NCBI RefSeq assembly: GCF_048593235.1
Contig: NC_133618.1
Location: 10,465,558-10,529,557 of the forward strand
Source of the DNA: Sminthopsis crassicaudata
Lineage: Eukaryota
Length of the DNA stretch: 64,000 nt
Reading direction: 5' to 3'
Shown here: piece by piece, positions 25,700 through 37,599 of the stretch
How the letters are laid out: each line of letters begins with the position of its first letter
Numbering within the stretch: position 1 is the first letter of the stretch
Program-made: the position numbers and the translations under genes
The notes under the pieces: model-generated
Seen by the model: the letters and a program-made list of their open reading frames with translations, nothing else
Told to the model about the DNA's origin: nothing
The model's database searches: none

Positions 25700-26261
25700 G
25701 TAAGCATTTTTCCTCTTCACTTTGAAGCATGGATTTCTTTCATCCCTCCACATCCCAAGTGCCTCTGCTATGTCCTCACATCATCTTAGCAGGAGGTTTT
25801 CTTAAACACAGATCAATACTAAAGGATGAAGGCCAGGTGTTCTGACCTAAAGAGCAAAGGATTAGGAATACAAGCTCAATAGATTTCAAGACTTTAGGGA
25901 GAATATGTACAATCAGAGGTTTCCCACTGTTTATATTAGAGATGCAGCAAAGATAGGGCTAGTTGGGTTCAACCAACTGGAATGATTCATTCATTTTCCC
26001 CTGAATTAAATTTCCTGAAAATGAGATCATTCGAGAAAGCAAAGCCAGATGGGAGAATTAGTTTTATTTTTTTTAAATGGATCAATGGAGATTAGTCATA
26101 AGAATATTTGAGTGCTCAATTCTGGGTTTGTAGAGTTAAATCTTTGTGGGGGAGAGAGATACGCAGAGAAAGAGACAAAGAGAGACACAGAGACAGGGAG
26201 ACAGAAAGGGGAAAAGGGGAGAAGAAGAAAAAGAGGGAGGGAAGAAAGAAGGGAAATACAC

Positions 26262-26266
<5 letters not shown>

Positions 26267-26354
<88 letters not shown>
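26267..26354. repeat. (GA)44 microsatellite ending 29 nt upstream of exon 26384
   Basis: Read directly from the sequence. Confidence 0.97.
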
Positions 26355-26359
<5 letters not shown>

Positions 26360-26383
26360 TAAGATTTAACTGGTTTGTTTTAG

Positions 26384-26440
26384 AAATCAACTGGTAAGGA
26401 ATCCAGAGTTGCTCCAGTATCCACTCAAAATGTCAGAATG
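26384..26440 (+). CDS. ADAM7: Cytoplasmic tail exon (KSTGKESRVAPVSTQNVRM)
   Basis: tttgttttag| and |gtaagt, 57 nt, phase 0-0; resembles the recalled human KPASKDSRGIA. Confidence 0.75.
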
Positions 26441-27353
26441 GTAAGTATCTTGTGCATAGAAGGTGGTAGTGACAAAGTTTCCTAAACCACATTATCTACA
26501 TTTTGTGCTCATCAGACATTGATAATTTGTTGATTGATATTTTCTAGCCATGGCTCCAGAGATTGGCTGGAATTAGTTCTATTGATACACAAAGGGTCCT
26601 GCTGCAATCTGTCAGGGACTCATTAATACTAGAAAGCCCAAGGGTTGAAACCATAACTCAATAGTGTCAGAATCTATTGCTAATTATAGAACAAAGATAG
26701 AATGCTTTGTTAATCATAGCTTACTTTTTCTTTATTGATGACTGCATAAAGTATCCTTATGTCTTATGTTAAAGAATCCTGCAACTTGCAATATCATAGT
26801 CAGTATTTTATGAAACATTATTACCTTATATCATAAAATTGGTTTATTTTATATAATAGTCTCCTAGAACCAAAAAGGGAATTGGGGACACCAAATATTC
26901 CAAACCACAAATTTGACAAAGAAAGAAACCTGAGACTCAGAGAGGAGAAAATGTCCTGGCCAAGGTCATGTAAATGAGGACAGCCTAGGTTCAAGCCCAA
27001 ATTCTTCAATAGGAATATTTTTCCATTACACTGCATTGTCTCTCACTGTGAGATTCAAAAAAAAATGCTGGATTTAAGGGCTCATCTCTTAGAACTTCTG
27101 AAGGCCTTTATTCAATTTGAGGTTCCTGAATTAGCTACTCCTGAATTCAGCAAATCTACTGGAGGTCAGAATAGACAGACAATATGCAAGTCCAAGTTTG
27201 GCCAGTACAGATCATGGGTCTACCTCCACGATTGATACTAATGTCCAATAGGACAAAAGCTCAAAGATAATCTTCCATGTTCTTAAGGGGCCCATTTCCT
27301 TCTAAGTCTTCTTCTTAGCCATAACCTTTACTTGGTCTCTGTCTTCTTCCCAG

Positions 27354-27419
27354 CCACCTGCAAAGCCAAGGATTCCTCCACCACCAATCCCTACCATGGC
27401 ACCACCTTTTTCTCCCCAG
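27354..27419 (+). CDS. ADAM7: Proline-rich cytoplasmic tail exon (PPAKPRIPPPPIPTMAPPFSPQ)
   Basis: Strong pyrimidine tract + cccag|, |gtgggt donor, 66 nt, phase 0-0, open frame, ADAM-tail-like composition. Confidence 0.75.
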
Positions 27420-27443
27420 GTGGGTAGATGATTATGTTTATCT

Positions 27444-27604
27444 AATCCAGCCCAGTCCAGTTCAGTCCAATTTTGTTCATTCCAGTCAGGTCAATCCAAT
27501 TTGGTTCAATCCAATCCAAGCCAGGCTAGTCCAATCAAAATCGATTTAATTTGGTCCAATCTACTCTGTAAATTGAATTGGACTGAACTGAATTGAATCT
27601 ACTC
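27444..27604. repeat. Degenerate pentamer repeat (TCCAG/TCCAA)n with an inverted terminal block
   Basis: 5-nt periodicity; cagttcagtccaatt 27458-27472 is the reverse complement of 27576-27590. Confidence 0.8.
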
Positions 27605-28217
27605 AAGTTTAAAAAGGATAACTTTCAGTCAAGTATTGCTCCTATTTTCAAGAATGTTAAAGATTTGCTTCTATAGAACAAAATGATTTTAGAACTTACT
27701 TAATGGTTAGATATCATCTTCCACTTATTTTCTTTTTACAAATGATGAAGTTAAAAATCAGAAAGTTTAATGAGGCAGGATTCTAACTCAAGGCTCTCTG
27801 ANNNNNNNNNNNNNNNNNNNNNNNNNNNNNNNNNNNNNNNNNNNNNNNNNNNNNNNNNNNNNNNNNNNNNNNNNNNNNNNNNNNNNNNNNNNNNNNNNNN
27901 NNNNNNNNNNNNNNNNNNNNNNNNNNNNNNNNNNNNNNNNNNNNNNNNNNNNCCTGATGTGTTCAGCACGCCATCTGGGTGGAAGTGGAGTAAAGAGGTA
28001 TCCCAGCTTCATGAGCAAAACCATTGAGTAACAAGAAGATAGTTACTTCTGTATCATCTTGGCAATTTCTAGCTCTGTAATGATAAGAAGGTTGGGAAAG
28101 CATGAATGGTCACCTAGATAATTCATCTTAAACAATCATTTTGACCAGCTATGGAAATATTATATTCTTAGGCCACTGGTAAGAAGCAATCCATTCTAAC
28201 AATTTCCTTCTGTCTAG

Positions 28218-28262
28218 GGGCTGAAACCAGAAGTCCAAAACAGCTCTACCAGGCTAAGTTGA
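28218..28262 (+). CDS. ADAM7: Probable terminal coding exon (GLKPEVQNSSTRLS*)
   Basis: tttccttctgtctag| acceptor, phase 0, TGA at 28260-28262, AATAAA 215 nt downstream; an N-gap in the preceding intron could hide another exon. Confidence 0.6.
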   Translation, partial: GLKPEVQNSSTRLS

Positions 28263-28476
28263 GAATTCTGGATGGATGTGAGATCTTCAGGATCTACAAA
28301 AGCTATATGCTAATGAATTTCTAACCATTCTCCAAATGTCATGAAACAGATGAGACAAGTAACCATATCACATTGTCTGAGATTCACTGTTTCAATGTAC
28401 ATTCTCCTAATTTCCTTTTATGAGACTGGACAATGGCTGAGTCTTTGTGATCAAGTTTATGCTAATGCATCAAGAA

Positions 28477-28482
28477 AATAAA
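28477..28482 (+). promoter_or_regulatory. Candidate polyadenylation signal of the ADAM7-like gene
   Basis: First AATAAA seen after the predicted stop codon. Confidence 0.45.
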
Positions 28483-28809
28483 TTAGAATTTTGAGAGGAA
28501 GGAGAGGACACTCTCTACTAATGAGAGAGCCAAGAAACTTCTTTTCATCTCAATATTGTGCCTTGAGTATAATTAGGCCCACATTAGTTTGAAAGGTGAC
28601 AGGTTGGGCAAGGGACCCATGGTCAGTGCTAGATCAGTATGGCCATGTATCAATTTCTCTTCATTCTTTAGAAAACAAATACGCTACTGTTCTAATTTGC
28701 CTTGTTTTATTCAATGGGAGCATTAGGCAGCGGCCATACATTTCAGCAAAGTTGTCAGAAATGATTAATGGGAACCACTACTAAATAACTAGTTAGAAAT
28801 GCCATGTTT

Positions 28810-29135
28810 CAGAATTTTCAGAATGGGAGAATCATAGAATTCATAGAGTTAAAAGGACCCTGTGAAGTCATCCCAACCAATGGCCACAGTAAACTCCTCT
28901 ACATTATGACTCCAAATTGACCCTCTGGTTTCTACCTAAAAAAATACTGGGATGAGGAATTTACTACTTCCTTAAGCATCTCATTCAATTTTTAAAGACA
29001 TTTTAACTGTGAGGAAGTTGTTTGTTTCTTATCTTTCTAATATGAGACTAAAATCTGCCTTTCTTGCTTTCCACCTCTCCCTCTACAGCATGAAAAATAA
29101 TTAGAATTCCCTTTTCATAAGATACCCTTCCAAAT
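28810..29135 (-). mobile_element. L3/CR1 3' relic
   Basis: agaatcatagaattcatagagttaaaaggacc tail followed by antisense CR1 3' sequence. Confidence 0.55.
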
Positions 29136-29409
29136 GGTAATTGATCAATCATCCAACATGTATTAAGTTCCTACTATTTGGCAGCCTCTATATTAAGCTG
29201 TGGGGATACAAAAAGAGGCGAAAAAGCTCCTATCTTCAAGAAGTTTATAATCTATTAATTCAATAATCAATTAATTCAATTTGTAAAAAAAATATTGCAG
29301 ATAGCTATCAGGTAAATGATAGCATAAGAGACTAGTGATGAAACTCCTGCCCCTTTTATTTTTATGAGCATGATGGAAAGCCAGATGCTACAAAATTCTG
29401 CAGTCAGTT

Positions 29410-30570
29410 GGGCTCTGGGCTAGCTAGAGAAGTAATTAATGGATCATTATCAGTTTGGAGGGAAATCATTAATGCTTTGTTTCTGGGCTGTGTACCATTT
29501 TTTATCAATAGCAACTGGTAGTGACAAATTAATATCAATATCAATTTATATAAGTAGAGACATGATGTGTGTTTTTGATGTAATAAGTGTGCACATATCA
29601 TATAGTTGGGATAGATAGCAAACACATTGGATAATGGCAACAGGACCTAAAAGAAACCTGAGAGAAATCTTTAGAGGGATGGACTCAGACAAATAAATGA
29701 AATCCAATAAGGAATGAATGTAAAGTCTTACATAGGTTCAAAAACTTAATGTCAAAAATATGAGATGAGGGAGTAAGGGTAGACAAAAATTTATATTTAT
29801 ATATATTTATATAATTCGAAGTTCAGAATTACATAACCACTCCAAAATGTGTACAATCTTAAGCCTCACTAAGAGATACAGATGTTTGAAATAAGGAAAG
29901 CAATAGTTTCATTGTATTTTGACCTTACCACATCACACTTGAAATGCTCTTTTGAGTCACGAGTGATATATTTTAGAAAGGAAAAGGAAAACTTGGAGAG
30001 CATCCAGAAAATGAAAAGAGAAAGTCTTGAATTCATGCCAAATGAGGGTAATTTAAGGAACCCTGGAAGTTTAGACTGGAAAAGAGAAGACTTAGGGGAC
30101 ATTATTGCCAATTTTGAAGAATAATAGCATTGATATAGTGCTTTTAAGATTGGTAAAACATTTTAGCTATGTAAACTCAATTGATCCCCACAACATTCAA
30201 GTTAGATACTATTAATATCTTCATTTCATAGATGAGGAAATTGAAGCACAGAAAGGCTGAGATCCCAGGGTGACACAGCCAGTAAAGTCTGAGGCAGAAT
30301 TTGGATTCAGCTTTTGTCTGTTCTATCTGCTAAGGGACTTTTGTATGGAGGGGGAAAGATGCATTTTTTTCTTTGTCACAAACAACAGAGTGCAAAGTTA
30401 CAGGTTAAAGATGGAGGAAAGCAGATGGTGGTTTTACATATGAATGATATTTCTAACAAGTAAAAATATTCAAAATTAGAATTGACTATCTTATAGGGTA
30501 GTGAGTTCCCTATTACTAGAGGCAGTTAAGCAAAATAAAATGGCCAATGTTTGGGAATGTTTTAGAGAAG
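29410..30570 (+). mobile_element. Ancient L3/CR1 LINE relic (RT to 3' end) interrupted by an antisense SINE at about 30130-30310
   Basis: ORF 29882..30124 (AIVSLYFDLTTSHLK..ENLESIQ..KREDLGDII) resembles CR1 VIVPLYSALVRPHLE..KLERVQ..KRRLRGDMI; the upstream MKFN..CKVLHLG-like segment is also present. Confidence 0.75.
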
Positions 30571-31769
30571 ATTTTGGGACTTTATGGCATTCATGGCCTT
30601 TTATGACTGTGGTGTTAAAGAGTACAAGAGACAATTTCTGGGTCATTTTCTTAACAATCCTAAAATAGGTCAATAGCGCTCTTGAATGCCAAAGACCTTC
30701 ATGGTAGCAAACTCAAGACTTTTATGGTCTTGGAAAATGGGTGTTCCAGCAAATGGCAATCAACTTTGATTAATAAGTAATGAGAGAATTAATATTATAA
30801 TGAGCCACTAGAACTATTCTAATGAACTTTTATATGTCATTTACTTCTAAGTTATCCCAGTCTCGGGCAATCTAAACAAAGAATCTATATCTCCCATCAA
30901 AGCCTGAGTCAAAGACAGTGGATCAGGAATTTCACCTTAGATTACAAGTGGAGAAGCAATATCGAGAAGGTGGATAACCGTTAATCCTCTCTTCTATCAG
31001 CCCTGTTCTGGAGAGATTTGACAAGAATATAGGACAAGAGAAGAAAGCTGGGGTCTCCCCAGTTTTAATAATTGGCTATTAATATGAAAGAGAAATAATC
31101 ATTTATCTTACGTGTCATGTTGTAATTCAATCACTTCCCACCTCTATGGTTTCTTTTCCTTATAAAAGTCAATTCCTTCAACCAATCTTTCTGCAGCCTT
31201 TATTTCTAGCCTTTTCCCATTTGCTCTGCATTTCTATGAGCATCCTTTTTTAGCCAACATTAGTTTTTCTCCCATAATTTGTATTGAAAGCTGGAGATGG
31301 AAAAAAAAAAACTGACTTCAACCAGAATTTTTAAGGACCTTCTGATCTATGCTCTGACACAAATGACCTTTGTAAGTTATTGACAAAGACTTCTCAAATT
31401 CTTAAACATTTGGATGGTGAGCATTCACAATGACAATGTTCTGAGACTATAGCTCTACCACTGCCTGAAAACCCATCACATATACAGTATAAACTTTCCT
31501 GAAACTCATTTGACCTATTTTTAAAAATGATATATTTTAAACAGACACATATTTGGTGTCTAATTATGTCTCTCCCTACCAGAAAACCATTGCTTGTGAG
31601 TGAAAAGAGAGAGAGAGAAAAGGAAGTAGATTCATAGATCAGCCAATACATCATTCCTATTAGACAAAATGTATTGTTCCCCACACATATTTTCCAATTT
31701 CTCCAATCATGGAATGTGGATATATTTTCTTCTTTCTACTTTGGGACAAGTCTGGTTTTAGTTAGACAG

Positions 31770-32290
31770 TATTCAGATTAATTTTTTTTGTAATTTCCAT
31801 TTTCATTGTTTATAATATTTCGATGTTTTAGTCCTTCTCACTGCATCAAATTATACATTTTCCATGCTTCTCTGTATTCTTTATATTTATTTCATTGTTT
31901 CTTATAACCCACTGATTTTCCATTGTATTTGTGTGTCACAGTTTGTTTAGCCATTCCCCAAGCAATGGTCATGAACTTTGCTTCTAGCTATTTGCTATTA
32001 GAAAAAAATACTGCTTTTAGTATTTTTGTGAATGATATCTTTGCCCTCCCTGGGGGTTTATACCCCTAGTGGGAGGTCTAAGACATTTTAGTTTAGGTTT
32101 TTGGTCATAATTTTTAATTTCTTAATGGAATAAATGGGACATGTTTAACAATTCTACCAATGATGTATTAGTTTTCTTTTCTTTTCATAACCCCCCCAAC
32201 AGCAATCCTTTCCATCTTTTGCCATTGTTGTCAATTTACAGTGTGAGATGAAATTTCAGTATTGTTTGGATTTGAAGGATGTATGTATGT
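31770..32290 (-). mobile_element. Old L1 (ORF2 C-terminal / 3') fragment
   Basis: tttagccattcccca..tttgctatt..ctgct.. pattern homologous to the young L1 at 10436-11636. Confidence 0.65.
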
Positions 32291-34193
32291 ATATAGATAT
32301 TTATTTTTATATATCTCACTATTCTTCTATCCTGTCTTTTGAATCTGTATAAAGCAAGGGAGAGGAGTGATGAGCACTTATGTAGCACGTCTTATGTGTC
32401 AGGCACTATGCTAAGTGCTTTTTTCCACAAATATTATCTTATTTGGTCTTCACCACAACCCTGGGAGGCAGATACTATTATTCTTCTCATTTTACAGAAT
32501 TTTTTTTTACAGTTGGGAAAACTGAGGCAAACATGGGCTAAGTCACATAGCTGGACAGTATCTGAGGTCAATAAGGTCTGATACTAGGCCAAGTGCTCTA
32601 GCCATTGTACTATAAGTTTCTCAAAACTAGATCTTCTTTGATTTCCATTCTTAGAACACTGTAGGCATTAGGAAATCCATTGGAGACGCCTTAGCTTGAG
32701 TAACATCAATCAAACAATGTTTTAGAAAGATTTAACTGGCAGCAGGGGCCAGGATGCAAAACAAACTGAAAACAGGAAGGAAATCAAAATAATCTGCAGT
32801 AATGAAAGTGTATGAAGGAAGTATTAGGAGAAAAATCCCTACCATTTGGATCATAATCTTGATAATTTATCTTGACTCAATTCCAACAAATGCAATTCAA
32901 CTTGATGTATTTACTAAAGGCCTACTGTGTTCCAGCAACTGTGCTACACCCTAGAGATTTCAAGACACAATAGTACAAGCTTCCAGTGAAGTTCCCCTTC
33001 TCTACAAAATAAAATTCAAGAGTCAAGGCACAGGGGAAATTGAGGTCACAGAATAAACGAAGCTATACAAGGTCATGGAGGAGGCTTCACTTAAGTTTTC
33101 CTGACTTTGAGGCTCAATGATAATGGAGTCAATCAAGTGCCTCAAGATGGAGACACTTCAGAGACCAATTTGTTCAATGCCTTCATTTTATACAGAAGGA
33201 AATAGAGGCCAAAAGATAGTATGGGAAAAATGGCTTCAAGCCCAGATTTCATATCTAGGCTCTTCTGTGTTCCTCCAGATGATCAATATCTACCATTCTA
33301 CAGAAACTTCTGGGCCAAGTGTCTCATTATAAAAATTCATGATGAGCAGATGATGAGGAAGAAGGTCTCCAAGCCTTCCAAGTTGACCCTATACTCAAGT
33401 TCACCTAAGCCTGCATAAAACTGGAAAACAGAGAAAAGATAAAAGACACCATAATTAAGAACTGAAGTGCTTGTGCACTCTCCTTTCTGCCCTGCCTGAA
33501 ATTTCTCTTGTCTTTCCTCCAGGTAGAAGTGCTGAGAATCCCAAGAAGCATTTCTCTGCTAAATTAGGTATATCCCCCAAGGGGTAAGACCCTAGAAAGC
33601 TCCCTTTTAGCTTAGAAGGATATTATACTTCCATCCTGGTCATCCTTCCCCCACTCTGGGTCCTCTCAGTCATAGAGAACTTTAGTTCTTTTTCTCCAGT
33701 CTGGATTTTTCTCAAGAGAAGAACTAAACTTGGAAGCAAAATAGGGCAGATTGCCAGACAGATGAGTAGGAGGGAAACTTGCTACAATATGGCACCTGAA
33801 CCTCACATTGGTATTAGGAGACTTACTTAAAATGCCAGGCTTCCCTCCTTCACCTTGGTCCATCTGGAAGCATGTTCTGAGATCCTTGATTTCAGCCCTT
33901 CCTGCCCCCAAATGAAACTCCTTCCCCAGCTGGAGTTGATGTCTCCTCTGATCCCACTCTGAACTTCCTGTCATTAGCTGGTCCCCATCCACTCACACCA
34001 CCCAAGCTCCATCTTCACACTAAGTTTTTCCCTACCCTTCTTCACAGAAGGAAATCAGTCAGAAACCTTTTTTTAATTATCTGTGCCCTGGGGCAAATTC
34101 ATCAATTTATGGACTTTAGTCCAGCAATAGAGTGAAAATATATTATTTCTTATGTTTCAAATATGGTGCTAGGTTTGGGGAAAACAAAAAATA

Positions 34194-34573
34194 AAAATGA
34201 AATTTGTTGTCCTTGAGGATCTTAAATTGAGCAATAACACATAACATATAATCTCCATCTTGGTGTAAAACCCCAGTTGCCACAGCTTAGTTATGGCTTT
34301 GATACTTTTCACCAGTTGCACTTCCTCCTACAAAACATTCTATTTCTTGTCTTTTCAAAATGTGATCATACAATGATTAAAATGAAATCTGTTGTCTTTG
34401 AGGATCTTAAATTGTATTAGGAAAAAAACAGCAATAACACATAAACATATAATCCCCACCTTGATGCAACATGCCAGTTGCCACAATTTAGTTATGGATT
34501 TGAGTTATAGCTTAGTTTGGCTCTTTACTAGTTGCCCTTTCTCCTACAAAACATTCTATTTCTTGTCTTTTCA
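34194..34573. repeat. Diverged tandem duplication of about 165-195 bp (34194-34357 and 34379-34573)
   Basis: Shared blocks aaaatgaaat.tgttgtc.ttgaggatcttaaattg, gcaataacacata, ctcctacaaaacattctatttcttgtcttttca. Confidence 0.9.
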
Positions 34574-35519
34574 TTGGTTGTCTTCCAGACCCTTCCCACT
34601 TCTGTCTCTTTTTTCCTATCTTCCTTCAAGATTCAGTTCAGATCCAATGCTTGCTGGGAGCCTTTAATGCTGGCTTCCAGATGCTAATGCTTGTTCCTCT
34701 AAGCACAGTTTCATTCTATTGAATATCTCTTATTTTCATTGTTCAGTCATTTTTAGCCCCATATAAATCTTTGTGACCCCATGCAAAATTTTCTTGGGAA
34801 AGATACTGCAATAGTTTGCTATTTCCTTCTCTAGCTCATTTTACAAATAAGGAAACTGAGGTAAAAATAAATAACTTGCTAAGAGTCAGACAGCTAGTAA
34901 GTGTCTGAAATGAGATTTGACATCAGGAAGATGAGTCATTCTGGCTCCAAGCCCATCCACTATGGTCCTGCTTAGTGACCCCACAAATCTAGTATTTACA
35001 GTTATTTAAATGCTTTCTGCCCCCTTCAAATGTGTGATCCAAAGAAGAGAGTAAGGGATATTTTTTCTTTCTTTCCCAGCACGTCGCTAAATACCTGAAA
35101 ATATAATTAATGCATAATAAATATTTATTTATGACTATTATTAATGTTATTTTTATTATAATTTTTGATTTTCAAGCAGCTTTTCTGCTCTGGAATCATG
35201 GCCATTCAAAACTGAAAATATTATTGAGACCACTGAGCCCAATTACATCTTATCACAAAATGCAGTCCCATTGCCAAAGACCCCATTGTAAACCCACAAC
35301 ATAGTTAGGACTGAACTCCAGGTCTCCTGGCCCTCAGTCTTAGCCATGTTATAATTCTCTATAGAAAGAAATACTGTAGTCTAGAGATGATTATACTGTT
35401 ACAGCCAGAGGCGGGGGGGTTCAAATCTTGACTCTACCACATCCTTATATGTATATTCTAACTTTTCTCTTCCAGTCTCCATTTTTTAAAACCAATAATA
35501 TGAAGTTCTTTGTCTAACC

Positions 35520-35745
35520 AGAGGATGTTAATCAGGACTACATGGTAGATGTCAACACAGGGAGGTCTGTGAACTTGGAGGGGGAAAATGCATTCTTATC
35601 TCCACTTCCTTTTGGATTATTTTGTAATTTTGTGTACTGTTATTTCATCATTTTACCAACTTTCTTCTGAAAAGGCAATCAGAGGTTTTGCCAGATTGCC
35701 AAAGGTATTCATAATATGAAAAAAAAAGTTATGAAATTCAGTATA
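35520..35745. mobile_element. Degraded hAT/Charlie-type MITE (MER5-like)
   Basis: ttctgaaaaggcaatcagaggttttgccagattgccaaagg..aaaaaagtta pattern; related pieces at about 40640-40760 and 60650-60700. Confidence 0.45.
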
Positions 35746-36000
35746 GATTCTGAGCTTTTTCTTATGTTCCTATTCCTGTAGTCTGAGTCACATACTAGCT
35801 GGATGACCCTGAACAAGCTGCTAAACAGTATTGAGCCTCAGTTTCCCCAGGAACAGGAACGAGGCAAACCTTGATAAGCAAATCCAAATCTCTTAATTTT
35901 TCTTTAGCATATGTAAGGGCTTTCTTGTCAAATAAGGGGCTTGAAATTTATGGCTTCTGAGTTCCCTTTCATCTTGGACTCTCTACTCTTAAATTGAAAA

Positions 36001-36420
36001 GAGGCAGCTAGGTGAGTGACAGGCCTAGAATAAGCCCCTTTATTTGTCTCATCAGTAAAATGGGAAGTTTAGATTAGGAAGCTGTTCAAGTCTCTTCCAA
36101 ATCTAAGATTCCATGGATGCAGGAGGCAGTGGAGGATACCACATCATGATCTAGGTCCTTTCAATACATTGGTCTCTGTACAGTATGACATATTTCTGTA
36201 TTATAAATTGAAAGATGCCTAGAGTCAGCAAAACTTGAATTCAAAAACAACTCCAGATACATATTAGCTGTGTGATCCTGGGCAAGTCACTTAAGCTAGT
36301 TTGCCTCCCCTTCTTTATCTGTAAAATGAGCTGGAGAAGGAAATGGCAAACCACTCCAGTTTCTCTGTCAAGCATATTTCAAATGGAGTCATAAAGAGTT
36401 GAATACTACTTCAGTCAAAA
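36001..36420 (+). mobile_element. MAR1 SINE interrupted by a 187-bp insertion (36030-36216)
   Basis: Head gaggcagctaggtg..gcctaga; resumes gcctagagtcagc..ctgggcaagtcactt..ggagaaggaaatggcaaaccactccagt. Confidence 0.8.
36038..36217. repeat. Left arm of an inverted repeat pair (partner 38842-39033)
   Basis: About 85-90% identical by eye to the reverse complement of 38842-39033, including the non-TE core ccatggatgcaggaggcagtggagg..gtctctgtacagtatgac. Confidence 0.92.
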
Positions 36421-37527
36421 ATAACAAAATAATAACAAACAAAACAATAACTACAAAATAATAAAAACAATTCTTTACTGAAAAAATGAAACAAAACAGA
36501 GAACTCTATCTAACCTGAGCATGTGAGGAGGAGAAATGACTTAATTTTAAAGGCCAAAGGATGGATGAGATTTTAAGGCATATATTGTTAGAGTGGATGC
36601 TGTATTCAGAGGCCCTGCATCTAAAGTATCATTATAGTAAGTCTCATGGCCACTAGATGGCAGGCCAGCTAACCAAATCTCCTGTGTACTCCCCATTGAA
36701 CTGCCACAAAAGCCAGAGCCAGCTTTTGTATTCTCTATAGGGGCTTCTTGACCCTGGCTTCCAGTGGGTTTCATTAGATGACAATTCATCATCCCCAGAC
36801 CCTCAAGACTCCCAGCAAGCTTTGGCTGTGGTTGCCATGACTACACTAACTCCCTCTTCCCTGTCCACACACAGGGTCAGCACACCCAGCAGCTAATGTC
36901 TTCCTACCCAGACAGCATCTCCCCTCCTTTCCTCACCCCAGACATCTCATGCCCGTACTCCCCAGACAAACAGGCACCAGCTCCCTGATCGATAGCATCA
37001 GGGCAGAGCACAGCGAGGCTGACATCTTTCCACTTGTGCTATAGCCAGACTATACTGGGAGGTGGGGAGAGGGGGAGAGAACGTCACAAAATTTCATCTG
37101 TTTTTAGCTCTTGAAGCTGACAAGGTCACAGGAGGGATGGTAAAGAACATCGATTCCATGTAAGTTTTCATTATCCAATAGAGGAAACTGAGACCCACAT
37201 GCCCTAAGTTACTTGTTCATGGTCACCCAGCTAGTGCATAAGTGACAAAACCCAGATCTAGACGACTATTAATATTCTTTCCCACCCCAAGTGTCCTCTT
37301 TCTCATTTCCCTCAGTACCAAAAGGCTCCCAAACATTTTTGGCTGCTCCATATTTTATTTGATGGTGCCAAACAGACTAACTAATGGACTAAGTAATGGA
37401 TCCTTTCCCCTGCAAAAATGACCATCAAAAATCCACAGCTATTCCTTTTGTCTCAAGAGCAGTCTCATGGATTATAGATGTGATGAGAGGACAGAGGCCC
37501 TTGTCACTCCAATGACTTAGAGGTTCG

Positions 37528-37599
37528 CTGTCAATAGCAATCAATCACTCCTCACCCAGTGGTGAGGGGCCATTGATTAGGCTCGTAGGCTTTTATTGG
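37528..37599. promoter_or_regulatory. Candidate PBX/MEIS/HOX enhancer motif cluster
   Basis: Minus strand TGATTGATtgctatTGACAG at 37528-37547; TTTTATTGG at 37591-37599. Confidence 0.3.

Noticed and set aside
27420-27431. Read-through of the Pro-rich exon donor giving VGR* as the true C-terminus
   Set aside because: Possible, but a good downstream acceptor, in-frame stop and AATAAA at 28218-28482 explain the gene end better; unresolved without RNA data.
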